DNA from: Narcine bancroftii
Taxonomy: Eukaryota
DNA: 64,000 bases
Direction: 5' to 3'
Assembly (NCBI RefSeq): GCF_036971445.1
Contig: NC_091473.1
Coordinates: 192,758,001-192,822,000 of the forward strand
The position numbers and the translations under genes were made by a program. How positions within the stretch are numbered: the first letter of the stretch is position 1; each line of letters begins with the position of its first letter. The notes under the pieces are model-generated. The model worked only from the letters and a program-made list of their open reading frames with translations, did not search any database and was not told where the DNA came from. Positions 13,100 to 24,452 of this stretch are shown one piece after another.

Positions 13100-15915
13100 A
13101 TATCTTTAACATGGGTCAATATAGAATTCACTCAAATGGATGAAAAATCTATCCTAGAATTTATTTATAAATGGAACACCTGATGATTAATTAGTAATAA
13201 GAACCCACCTATACTGAAACATTTAATTGAATTATGGAATAAAATAGATTATGAGATTGGTGGGAAAGGTAAGATTTCACGTAAACACCTTGATATCAAA
13301 ATAAACTTTTTCCTTTGACTGTTAATAAGCAATTTTTAAAGCTATGGAATAAAATGGGGATTAAAACAATATAAAATTGTTTTGAAGCTGGTAAGTTTAT
13401 TTCTTTTCAACAAAAGAAAGAAAAATATAATGTTCCAAATAATACCTTTTTTTGTTATTATCAAGTTAAAACTTTTCTAATTGATAAATTAGATCAAGGT
13501 CTAAGATTACCTTGACAGTCTGAGTTAGAAATGTTACTTACTGAAGTGGGTATTAATAAATTTATTTCAGAAATGTATAAATTACTTCAAAGGAAAATGT
13601 CCAAATCAGATATTCATAAATCCAGATTAAAGTGGGAAACTGGTTTTGGTCGAACAATAGATCAAGATGATTGGAGAATGTTATGTAAAGATAATAGGAC
13701 TAAAATTACCAATGTAAGATCCAGATTAGTACAACATAACTTTTACATCAATTGTATTTAACACCTGAAAGATTAAAAAGATTTAATTGAATTTCTTCAG
13801 ATTTATATTTTAGACGTCATAAAAAGATAGGTTCTTTTGTTCACTCAACTTGGCCGTGTATTAAGGTTAAGTCATTTTGGGTACAAATTAAAGCATTTTT
13901 AGAGAGAGTGATAAAGGTTAAACATCCGTTAAACCGAAAGTTATTTTTATTAGGAAATATTAAAATGTTTAGTTTAAAATTAAGGTTAACCATGCATCAA
14001 ATTAATTTTTTAGGACTGGCTTTAACTGTTTCAAGAAAATGTGTAGTTATTACCTGGAAGTCTGATATAGATTGATGTCTTTTGACCAATTAATTATTAA
14101 ATTTGGTCTACCTTATCATACATTATTTTGTTATTTTCAATTGAGGGCTTATTTGAGAGAGAAATTAGGACTGGAAATTAATTTAAAAAATCTTTCAAAT
14201 TTGGAACAAATTATAGTTGATGGAATGATTAGTTTATTTCAATTGCATAAATTTTATCACATAACAGACACCAAAAGTAGGTTTGTTTAATTCAAAAGAA
14301 AGATGGAACGGGATTTGGACACGTTAATGGATCAACAAGTCTGGCAGAATTTGCGTAAAGCGGTTATGACAAACACTATTAATGTACGAAATAGATAACT
14401 TCATTATAATTTTTTACATCTATTGTATATTAGTCCTCAGAATTTGAGTAGATGGAGATCGGATTTATCGGATCAATCTTTTAGACGTGTAAACTTGTAC
14501 CTCTCAATTTGTTCATTTTAGATTGAAAGAAAATAGACACACACACCGAGAGCAGTTCAGTTTATACAAATGTTTATTACAAATTCAAAAGCTGATTTCA
14601 AACTACAATATGCAAGCCCTTCCCAATTATACTTATCAACGCTTGGACTGGTCCCAACTGCTGAAGTGAGGCAATGACTGCACACTTGTAGTTGGTTGTC
14701 GGGGCGCCGGTAGCAGCTTCTCCACCTCCCCCGACCGGGACATTGGCTGGACTCTAGAAGTTCTTCTTGCTGAGAGATGTTGCCACCTCTCAGAGAGTCT
14801 CAAACTTCAGCAGCAGGACCATGGCTGATATTACCCAAAAACTGCTTATCCAAGCACCTATTCCCAGCACAGTAAGAAAGATAAGCGAGCAAGCTAGCAT
14901 GCCTAGGCTTCTATCAAATAACGTAATTTTCAGCTTATCACTTTGAATACAATGGTTTATTTTGCATCAAGGCTAGGCCTCTGACAGTCTGTGACCAAAA
15001 CAAGCAGGAAGATTAAATGTTGGTACACAGATGTCCTTTCGTCAGATAACTGCATCTTTGGCCCCTCGGTGGAATTTAGCTTATGTCTGCTGATTCTAAA
15101 AAACAAGCAGGTTCTCAGCCTTGCAGAAGCAAAGGCTGCAAAAGTAAAAAAAAAACACGGTTTAAATCTTCCATTACAACGTGGAAGAGAAATTGGAACT
15201 TTTCTTCACTCTACGTGGTCTTGCTCAAATGTCAACCCTTTTTGGGTTTCTATCAGTCAATTTCTACAACAGAAAACGGGAGTGAATTTTCCTTTATATC
15301 CTGAATGACTTTGTTAGAAAATTTTGAAAGTGTGACTCCTAAATTATTGTTGTCAGATTCCCAACAAAAGTTTGTTAAGTTGGTTTTAGTAATAGCAAGG
15401 AAATGTGCAACTGCATCATGGAAATCTGATGTTTCATTGACATTAGAGAGATGGCTCGCTGAGATTCAAAGCTGTACTCCATTAGAAAAAAAATAAACAT
15501 CATTTAAGGGATAAATTATTTTTACAAATTTGGAGTCCGTATGCTAAAATAATGAAATTAAAATTATGATTTTGTTAATTTCTATCTTGATCAGTGAAAT
15601 TTCCCTAAAAATTTAACAACTTTATAATGTTTTTCAGGTCTTTGAGTGTTAACTGACAGGATCCAAATTAATTACTTGTAATTGTTTTATAATGAAATAT
15701 CTTATATTTTAGTTTTGGGGTAAGATTAGTTTGTGGGAGGGTGGGTTAATAGGGTTTTATTTTGTAATGTGTAATTTTGTAGTTTCGAGATTTTAGTATT
15801 TTAGATTTTATAGATCGAGTTTCAGCATCTATTTGTTGATATTTTATTTTATACTAATGCTATAACATTCTTAATTTTTGACATTATATATGTTGAATAA
15901 ATAAAATATTCCAAA
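13100..15915 (+). mobile_element. Two old L1 ORF2 3' fragments (13100-14070; 14070-15915)
   Basis: Degenerate C-terminal ORF2 motifs (WE.D, YNFLH.LY, ARKC...WKS, PLEK), a G-rich 3'UTR and aataaataaaa near 15900. Confidence 0.75.
14490..15178 (-). mobile_element. Solo LTR of a sister family of the class III ERV
   Basis: R/U5 portion closely matches the LTR at 20783; same terminus ...ccattaca; 5-bp TSD acgtg at 14485-14489 and 15179-15183. Confidence 0.85.
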
Positions 15916-16140
15916 AAACCAGAGAGGCCCCTGACAAAATATTAGGTGTTGTTCCTCCCATTTACAGATGGTCTTGGTTGGACAGGGCATGAAGCCACAG
16001 ACAGACATGTCGGCATGGGAGAAGGGTGTGGAATTGAAGTCGGTGGCCACAGGGAGATCCCTGCCACTGGTATGGACGGAGCGAAGGTGCTCAGCGAACT
16101 GATCTCCCAGTCGGTGCCCGGTCACCCCGATGTAGAGGAG
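15916..16140 (-). mobile_element. Penelope-like element GIY-YIG fragment
   Basis: TGHRLGDQFAEHLRSV...PVATDFNS...H..MSV.G...EEQHLIF, typical of the Penelope endonuclease C-terminus. Confidence 0.8.
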
Positions 16141-16294
16141 AAAAAGTGAGGAGGCTGGAGTTGTGCTGGGCCGAGCGGGAGGTCGTAATCATTGGGTCTC
16201 TGCAGTGTACCCCGAGAATTCTCCGGGGGTTGGCTCCTAATTCCCACCTTACTCACTGCCCATCCTCTGAATGTACGGCGAGTAGTTGAGTAAT

Positions 16295-16332
16295 GACAGA
16301 CCACCACAAACCCACCTCTTCTCCACTTTATT
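16295..16332 (-). terminator. Probable poly(A) signal of the IgL C transcript
   Basis: AATAAA on the minus strand (16327-16332), followed by GU-rich gtgggtttgtggtggtctgtc, in non-repetitive DNA downstream of the C exon. Confidence 0.6.
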
Positions 16333-16683
16333 GAGAGCTGTTTTGCACAAGATCAGATCACAACATGTTCGCTGTCTACAGAGGCATCTCTCTGCATTCT
16401 ACGCACAACAGGAGTTGATACACGAGGGTGTAAGGACAATTCTACAGAGAATACCATGTCACAAACGCAGGTAAATCTGACTTTGGAGATGATCAAGCAT
16501 TGAGTTGGTCCCCAGCAGTGAACATTTCTGCATGATTACACCGCACAAGGCAGACACAGACCCCAGAGAGGGCATTAAACATGGGCAGAGAATCAAGAAC
16601 AAAACATGAAAGTCTGCAGACACCGTGGTTGGAGTAAATGCACAACACTGGAGAAACTCAGCAAGTCAAACAGTGTCCTTTAT

Positions 16684-17036
16684 CTTCTTCTTTCTTTGGC
16701 TTGGCTTCGCGGACGAAGATTTATGGAGGGGGTAAATGTCCATGTCAGCTGCAGGCTCATTTGTGGCTGACAAGTCCGATGCGGGACAGGCAGACACGGT
16801 TGCAGCGGTTGCAGGGGAAAATTGGTGGGTTGGGGTTGGGTGTTGGGTTTTTCCTCCTTTGTCTTTTGTCAGTGAGGTGGGCTCTGCAGTCTTCTTCAAA
16901 GGAGGTTGCTGCCCGCCGAACTGTGAGGCGCCAAGATGCACGGTTTGAGGCGATATCAGCCCACTGGCGGTGGTCAATGTGGCAGGCACCAAGAGATTTC
17001 TTTAGGCAGTCCTTGTACCTCTTCTTTGGTGCACCT
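16684..17036 (-). mobile_element. 5'-truncated RTE inserted in a short Penelope-type repeat (about 16600-17065)
   Basis: Same 3' end as the RTE at 12420-12769 (GAPKKRYKDCLKKSL...CNRC); flanks rejoin as gtcctttat|tagcaaaggtaaag. Confidence 0.85.
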
Positions 17037-17144
17037 AGCAAAGGTAAAGATACACAATCAACAATTAGGGGTTGAGAACTGCATTGAGCTGTGAAATTCA
17101 AGGCACAAGCTGAGAATCCATGTGTTCCGCCGACCGGCGTGGGC

Positions 17145-17414
17145 TTACTGTGCTCAGGATAATGACGAGATAGACTCACGCAGAGGCGAGCTCAGGAAGC
17201 TGTGGCTCACGCTGCAGGTATAGCTGGAGCCTTTGTTCCAGGCACCGGCGGGGACACGCAGATAACTGCTCTGCTTGTAGGTGTGGTCGCCGTCTGGATA
17301 CGCCACGCCCGTTGTCACCCTGCTCTCTGTCTTGACCCCATCCACGCTCCACCGCAATGACGCAAAGCCTGGCTTAAAGCTGCTCACCAAGCAAGACAGG
17401 GTAGCTGAGCCGAC
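17145..17414 (-). pseudogene. Immunoglobulin light-chain constant exon, sigma-cart/type I (NS5-like), defective
   Basis: GSATLSCLVSSFKPGF..LRWSVDG...VTTG...SSYLRVPAGAWNKGSSYTCSVSH..LSSPL closely matches the shark NS5 C region as recalled. Strong acceptor (ctaat...pyrimidine tract...cacag, AG at 17415-17416). Strand A is missing and TGA (17154-17156) sits at the terminal Cys position, before TAA at 17145-17147. Confidence 0.9.
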
Positions 17415-17494
17415 CTGTGTGGGAGAGCAGAAGGGAGACGTTATTAGGTAATGAGGTCCCAGCACTGACACCAACTCTGAATAAAAGATTCCAC

Positions 17495-19095
17495 CAACAT
17501 GAACATAATGGCTTTTATAAATCAAAGTATTGAGTACAGGAGATGGGATGTTATGGTAAATTAGTGCAAAACATTGGTGAGGACAAATCTGGAGTATTAT
17601 GTTCAGTTTTGGTCACGAACTACAGGATTGATAGAGTGGAGCGAAGATTTACTCAGATGTTGACTGGACCTCAGGAACTGAGTTACAGGGAAAAGTTAAA
17701 CAGGTTAGGACTTTATTTCCTGGAGCATAGGAGAAGGAGGGGAGATTTGATAGAAGTATTTAAAATTATGAGAGGTACAGACAGAGAAAATCTAGGTCAC
17801 CTTTTTTAACTGAGGATAAGTAACATACAAACCAGAGGACATGGGTTAAGGGTGAAAGGGGATAACTTTAGGGGGAACATGAGGGGGGAACCTTCACAAA
17901 GTGAGTGGTGGGCATGTGGAATGAGCTGCCAGCTGAAGTGGTGAATACGAGCTCAATTTTAACATTGAAGAATAATTTGGACAGGTACATGGATGGGAGG
18001 AGTATGGAGGGCTATGGACTGAGTGCAGGTCAATGGACCTAGGCAGAGTAACAGTTTGGCCTAGTAATAGCCTTTTGATATGCCCTATTGTTCTGTGGTC
18101 TAATGTTCTGAGAGGCATAGATAAGGTAGACATCCAGTGCCTTTTTCCCAGGGCAGGAATAGCAAACGCCAGGGGACGTCAGAACAAAGTGAAGGGAGGA
18201 AAGTTTAGGGGGGGGACATTAGGGGTAAGTTATTTTTTTACACTGAGAGTTGTGGGGGCCTGGAATGAATTGCCAGGGGTGGTGGTGGAAGCTAGAATAT
18301 TAGGGGCATTTAAGCTACTCTTAAGACAGGCACATGGATGAAAGAAAAATTGAGGGTTATGAAGTGAGGGTTTCGTTTTTTGATGGTAGGTATATATAAT
18401 GGTCAGCACAACAATGAGGGTTGAAGGGCCTGTTCTGTGCTGTAGTGTTCTGTAAGGGAGAGAGATAGTCTTCTTCCTATAGTGGAAGAGGTGGGGGGGG
18501 GGGGTCCTCAAACTAGAGAGCATAGGTTCAAGATGAGCGGCACATGGTTTAATTGGGTTGGAAGAGGTAAATATTTCACACACAGTGTGGTTGGTATCTG
18601 GAATAACCTGCCAGAGGAGACGATGGAGGGAGGATCAGGGACAACACTCAAGGGGCATCAAGACAGGCTCTTGAACACCAGAGCGATGTACAGCAGAGGG
18701 GTCACGGAGTGCACCTAGTTTGAACCTTGGAAGTAGAACCACAGGTAAATAGGGTGTTAAATAAGACCATCGACACATTGGCCTTCAGTGGTCAGACCGT
18801 TGTACCAGAGTTGGGAGGTTATGTTACTATTGTGTAAGACATTGCTGAGGCCCTATTTGAAGTACTGGATTCAGTACTGGGCACTGTGTGAGGGGAAAGT
18901 TGTTGAGCTGGAGAGGTGGCAGAGATTTCCCTTGACATTTTTGGTAGAAAAAAATAAAGCATAGAACTTTATAGCACAGAAACAGGCTCTTTGGCCCTTC
19001 TATTCAGTGCCAAACTAGTATTCTCCCTCGCCCCACTATCCTGCACCCACTCCATAGCCCTCCACACCCTCCCATCTATGTACCTGTCTAAATTA
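17495..19095. mobile_element. Cluster of CR1 3' fragments
   Basis: Repeated RL.RLGLY.LE.RR.RGDLIEVFKI and FFT.RVV..WN.LP motifs with CR1 3'UTRs (plus strand); a minus-strand 3' end at 18960-19095. Confidence 0.8.
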
Positions 19096-20782
19096 TTTTT
19101 TATATTTTATTTTTTAAAACCATGATACATTCATTCAAAAAATATACAATTAATAGATAACACAATTAAAAAAACATACATGATTCATTTAATACAAACT
19201 AGTCCCTTACAACCCCCCCAACCTCATTACCCACCCACTCAACCCTACCCACCTTTAACCTATCCCCCACAAAAAAGAAAGGAAGAGAAAAGAGATTAAC
19301 TAATAACAAAATTTCTCAGTTAATTATCATGGATTAGAGAAACACCACCACTGGGCGGCTGGGGGTTCAAAAACTCAAACCCATATCATCCAAATACGGG
19401 CTCCAAGTTTTATGATAGAAAAAATAATTATCACGTTTATTCTATGTTATTTTCTCCAACGGAATACAAGACCTCAATTCCATCTCCATCTCTGCATACT
19501 CAAATCAGTCTCATTTTTCCAATTAATTGCTAAACATTTTCTGGCCACAGCTCATGCCAATTTGAAAAATGCAATTTGACATGTATTTAATCTTAATTCT
19601 AAACTCAACCTCTTAATGTTACCCAACAAAAGCACGAAAGGATCTAATGAAAATTTCACTTTCAAAATTACTTCTAAAAAATCCTTGTCTATTCCAGAGG
19701 TTTTACCATTTCACATCACCAAGTAGAATGTAAAAAAAGAACCTACTTCCTTTTGACATCTAAAACACATATCTGAAGAAATTAAATTATATCTCCTTAA
19801 TTTTTCCCCGAGTTAAATATAATTGATGAATAAAATTATAATGAACTAACCGATACCTGACATTTATAATTTTAGTCATACTAAATTCATCTTGGTGAAT
19901 AAGTATTCCTAAATCTTTTTCCCATTTCAACCTAGATTTATACAAATCCAACTTAGACATTTTAATCTGTAATGAATAATACATCTCAGATCTAAATTCC
20001 TTCCCTTACCTCCCTCTGTAAGTAAAATTTCAAACCGATCAATAAGGAAACCATAAAGTATATACAAAATTATCCAATAATAAAGCTTTAATTTGATAAT
20101 AAAAAAAATATTTGAAGGAATATTATATTTCCCTTTCATTCTTTGGAAAGAAATAAAATAACCTGCTTCATAACAATCTTGTACAAATTTAATACCCTTT
20201 TGATCCCATAACTTCAAATTTGATTGTTAAGTGTAAAGGGAAAAAGTGTAAAGGGAAATTTTGATACAAAGAAGTTTTACCCTTGAGTACCTATAACTTC
20301 ATATATTTTATACCATAGTTGCATTAAATGTTTCAAAATGGGTAAGTGATAATTACTCAATAACTTAGAATTCCATCAAAAAGAAACTGATCCATCTTCT
20401 TCTCACCAATTTGAGATCAATCAATATTTGCCCATATCAATGACTTTTCCAAATGAAACAATCTATTAATAAATTTCAACTGTGCCGCATCATAGTAATT
20501 TCATATTTCCAGGTTAATTTTTGTCAAGATATCTTTGCCATCTTATCCTTCCATAAACATTTTCTCACCATGGAGTTCAAATCCTTAAGATATTTTGAGG
20601 AAATCTTACAAGGTATAGATTGAAATAGATACTGAATCCTTGGAAAAATATTCATTTCAATTCAATTTACCCTTCCTATTAATGTAATTGGTAAATCTAT
20701 CCATCAATTCAAGTCATTTTTAATTTTAAAAAGTAACTGTAAATAATTTAATTCATAAAAATGACTATAATTACTGTGTCCC

Positions 20783-21556
20783 TGTCTTGGGTAAACTTAT
20801 ACCTCTCATTTTGTTCATTTTAGATTGGTCACAGTGTTTGAGCTACCGAAAGAAAATAGACACTCACACCGAGAGCAGTTCAGTTTATACAAATGTTTAT
20901 TACTAATTCAAAAGCTGATTTCACACTACAATATGCAAGCCCTTCCCAACTATACTTATCAACGCTTGGACTGGTCCCAACTGCCGAAGCGAGGCAACGA
21001 CTGCACACTTGTAGTAGGTTGTCAGGGCGCTGGTAGCAGCTTCTCCACCTCCCCCGACCGGGACGTTGCTCAGACTCTGGCTGTTCTTCCTTCTTGACAA
21101 GGGGTGTTCCCACCCCTCGGAGAATCTAAACTTCAGCAGCAGGACCACAGGCTTATATACCCCAAAAACAATTAATCATGCGCCTACTCCTTCTAATATT
21201 TGTCAGTCAAAATCAAAACTGAACATTACATTCTACAATTTAGAAGATTAATTATTATGGAACCAGGATGTTATAATTTCCTGGTTTATCTCGTAGATAC
21301 AAAGACTTATTAAAACTTTTCGAGCAAGACAGGTTGTGACCAATTCGTCAATTTCAGAGTGTTGCATTTGACAACTGCTTTCCCTGGGCCTCACAGTGGA
21401 ATTCCATTTCAAAGTGTATCTTCAGATAAGTCCCCATGGCTGAGTTTAATTACATCTGCTAGTTCTGAAAGTAAGGTGACCTGTGTGTGGACCCAGTGTC
21501 GTCAGTTCCACATAAGCAAAAAGCATCTGGGTACATGGTTTTAATCCTCCATTACA
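20783..21556 (-). repeat. 3' LTR
   Basis: Direct repeat of 25608-26381; minus-strand TATATAA near 21155 and AATAAA near 20898. Confidence 0.95.
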
Positions 21557-21592
21557 TTTCACCCCTTGGTCACAATCTGTCATTTGCGAGGC

Positions 21593-22024
21593 CTAACCAG
21601 TATTTGAGTACAGAGGGAGCGAAAAAAGAGAAATCAAAACAACAATTACAAAGATAAGCAATGACGCGAGCAACCAACGGAGGATAGTGTGGCCCACTCC
21701 CTCAAATGTAGCAGTTAGCCATGAGAAAGGATTCCAACCAAGGCTCAAATTATCCTTGTTGGCCACAATACCCAGGTACTGGAGCTCACGAACAGATTTT
21801 GAAACATGCTGAACAATAACATATTTATATAAGCTGCACTTGAGGCTGGTGACCGAGGACTTCCTTGGTGTAATGCATCGGACCGTGTTTCCCACGGGGA
21901 ACTCCCTTGGAACGTCCTCGACATTACAAATCCAATTGCTGGCATCAAAGCAGCTGTTAAGCCAGATCACCAGGAGTGTAAAATGGAGAACCTGGAACAA
22001 AGAAGCCTGACACATGTCACTCAC
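21593..22024 (-). CDS. env: Mini-Env remnant: signal peptide fused to TM anchor (about 140 aa)
   Basis: Lies between pol end and PPT; hydrophobic N-terminus (LFQVLHFTLLVIWLNSC), Trp-rich WNPFSWL and TM ILRWLLASLLIFVIVVLISLF. Confidence 0.65.
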   Translation of the reverse strand: MSDMCQASLFQVLHFTLLVIWLNSCFDASNWICNVEDVPREFPVGNTVRCITPRKSSVTSLKCSLYKYVIVQHVSKSVRELQYLGIVANKDNLSLGWNPFSWLTATFEGVGHTILRWLLASLLIFVIVVLISLFSLPLYSNTG

Positions 22025-24452
22025 GATACCATAAGCGTTCAGTGTTTAAACAGACTAAATCATCCTGTCCCTCAATAGCTACCCACCGAGTGTTACCCTG
22101 GGCAGGTGTCACTATTTCCCCTTTTACAGGAGGGCCACTACCTGGTGGTGCCACCCATACCTTTTGTCCAACATTCTCTAGTTCGGGAATGGGGGGCAAT
22201 GACTGTTATTCCTCTGGAATAGGCTGTAATTCAGGAGCGTGAAGAAGTCGGTGGAAAGGTATACCTCCTTTTAAAGGGCGATGATTCAAATTGTCGACTG
22301 CCTGCTGCAGCACATGGCACCATCCCTTCTGGGTCCCCAGTGATGTTTCCAAACGAATTTGTTCCTTCAGTAAGCCGTTCATTTGTTCAACTAACCCGGC
22401 AGCCTGCGGGTAATAAGGAATATGGTGGACCCATAAAATACCGTTGTCATTTGCCCAATCACAGATTGCTTTCCCGGACAAGTGCGAGCCATTATCAGAG
22501 TGAATCTCCTCTGGAACATCATAACGATAAATCAAATGGTTTAGTCCTTGGATAGTGCTAGCTTGGTCAGCCGTCTTGGTGGGAAAAGTAAAAACCAGGC
22601 CCGAAAAGGTGTCAACCATTACTAGGATGTAATATTTACCCATACAGTCTAGCATGGGGCCTATGTAATCAATTTGCCAGACCGCAGCTGAGTGAGCACC
22701 TCATTTTATTCGGCCATGCGGACCAGGTGGAACGGTATGGAACTTCACAAGCTGACATTCTGGGCATGTACGTACGACCATGCGGACATCATCCTGATGG
22801 ACGGATAAAGCATGTGTACGGGACCACATAGCTGATCCCTTCTCCCCCAAATGACCACTCTGTTCATGTGCCCATCGAGCCAGGGGAACGGTATCAGCAC
22901 AGCTGATAGTGGCAAGCTGATCTGCTACTGCATTACATTGAGCCATGTTAGTCGCCATATTGGTATGGGCATCAACGTGATAAACGGTTATCTCACGATG
23001 GTGGGAAGCATCCCACAACAGCTGCCACAACTCTTTGCCCCATACTGGGCGGTCATGTATCATCCAGTTGTTCTTTTGCAAATCAGGCATCCATACCACA
23101 AGTCCAGTAGCCAAAGCCCAGGAATCAGTAAACAGGCGAAGAGGGTGATCATGGGGATCTAGTGGTAAAGTGACTGCCTTCAACTCAGCATACTGACTGG
23201 AGCCACCATCCCCCTCCTCCGATAAGTGAGTTCCTGACCTGGGATGGTAAGCCACCTGTTCGTGTACGCGGCCCACCCCTTCAGGCCCTCTGGTCGCACG
23301 ACTCTGAATATACCACTTCCATTTAACAATAGAAGACTGCTGAGCCCGCCCGATCTTTAGATTAGCATCATTAGCCAGGACCCAATTCATTATAGGAAGT
23401 GCAGGTCGCAATTGAACATCTGCATCACCTGTCATTCTTTCAGTCTCTAGCAGGGCCCAGTAACAGGCTAGTAACTGTTGTTCAAAAACAGAATAACGAG
23501 TGGCAGCCTCAGGCATGGTACGTGACCAGAATCCCAGTGGGACTCGGCGACCCTCTTGTTTCTGCCAGAGGCTCCAGGAGGCCACATCATCAATATAATG
23601 GTGAATTGAGAGGGAAGGCGATACTGGAAGGTGGGTGAAGGTATACTGGCGCCCCTTCCAGGTAAAGGCGAACTGATCCTGTGAGTCCTCAGCTATAAGA
23701 ATACTGAAGAAGGCGTTAGCGAGATCAATGACAGCATACCATGTTCCTGAGTTCCCAGTAGCAATGTTTTCAATAAGGGTAACTATGTTCGGAACTGCTG
23801 AAGCAAGTGGTGGGGCATGTTTGTTCAAAAAACGATAATCAACTGTCATTCTCCAGGAGCCATCCGGCTTCTGGACTGGCCAAACAGGGCTATTAAAGGG
23901 CGACGTTGCGGGCCTCACTACCCCTTCTTCTTGCAGAGCATCAATGGTGGCAGTAATCTCTTCCTGCCCCCCAGGGAGACGATGTTGTGGAATGCACACT
24001 GGTTTCATGGGGGCTGGCACCATCACAGGATCCCACTTAGCCTGACCCACTACTAGTTTTTTTGTAATAGTTCGAATTCCAAATTCAAATCCCCCTTGGC
24101 TAGTATTAAGGGCCATACCGGCCAACATATTAATACCCAGGATACACTCGTCAGTAGCAGCCACCAGGGCATGTAACCAGACAGGGGAAGGGCTATCACC
24201 CACCATGGCACAGACTTTTATTTCCTTTGCCAGGGTGACCGCTCCTCCCAACCCCTCTATTCGAAAGGCCGGTCCAGTCCAGAGGTCGGGATTACCAGGA
24301 ATCACCGAGTGCTCTGCACCGGTGTCGACCAAAGCCAAGTATTGGCAATCATTACCCCCACCCCAGTGGATTGTTAACGGTATGTAGGGCCGCGGATCCA
24401 CGTGTGTGCGCCGTGTCTCGATGGAGTAGACACGGGAATCCTGCCCACACCT
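22017..24452 (-). pseudogene. pol: ERV pro-pol (PR-RT-RH-IN) with in-frame deletions and two in-frame stops
   Basis: DPRPY..LVDTGA, SPFNSPVWPV.K.DGSWRMTVDYR, YIDD, GFWS, SSQYAEL, FTDSW, HHCC, WQIDYIGP, HSDNG, AGLVE. ORFs 22701-24401, 22206-22655 and 22017-22199 are all in one frame. Confidence 0.92.

Larger units (their letters stand above)
3943..13100 (+). mobile_element. L1-clade LINE, 5'-intact, degenerate, 3'-truncated, interrupted by an RTE
   Basis: 5' motif GAGTCATGTGATGGAGTAGTG. Broken ORF1 (coiled coil, RNNLKIVGL, EIERAH). ORF2 from 5896 with APE (NINGI, QETH, GDFN, SDH) and RT (DAKKAFD, RQGCPLSP, YAGD); many frameshifts. Confidence 0.92.

Noticed and set aside
20825-21544. Short ORFs duplicated at 25650-26369
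   Set aside because: They lie within the two LTRs; identity reflects LTR duplication, not genes.
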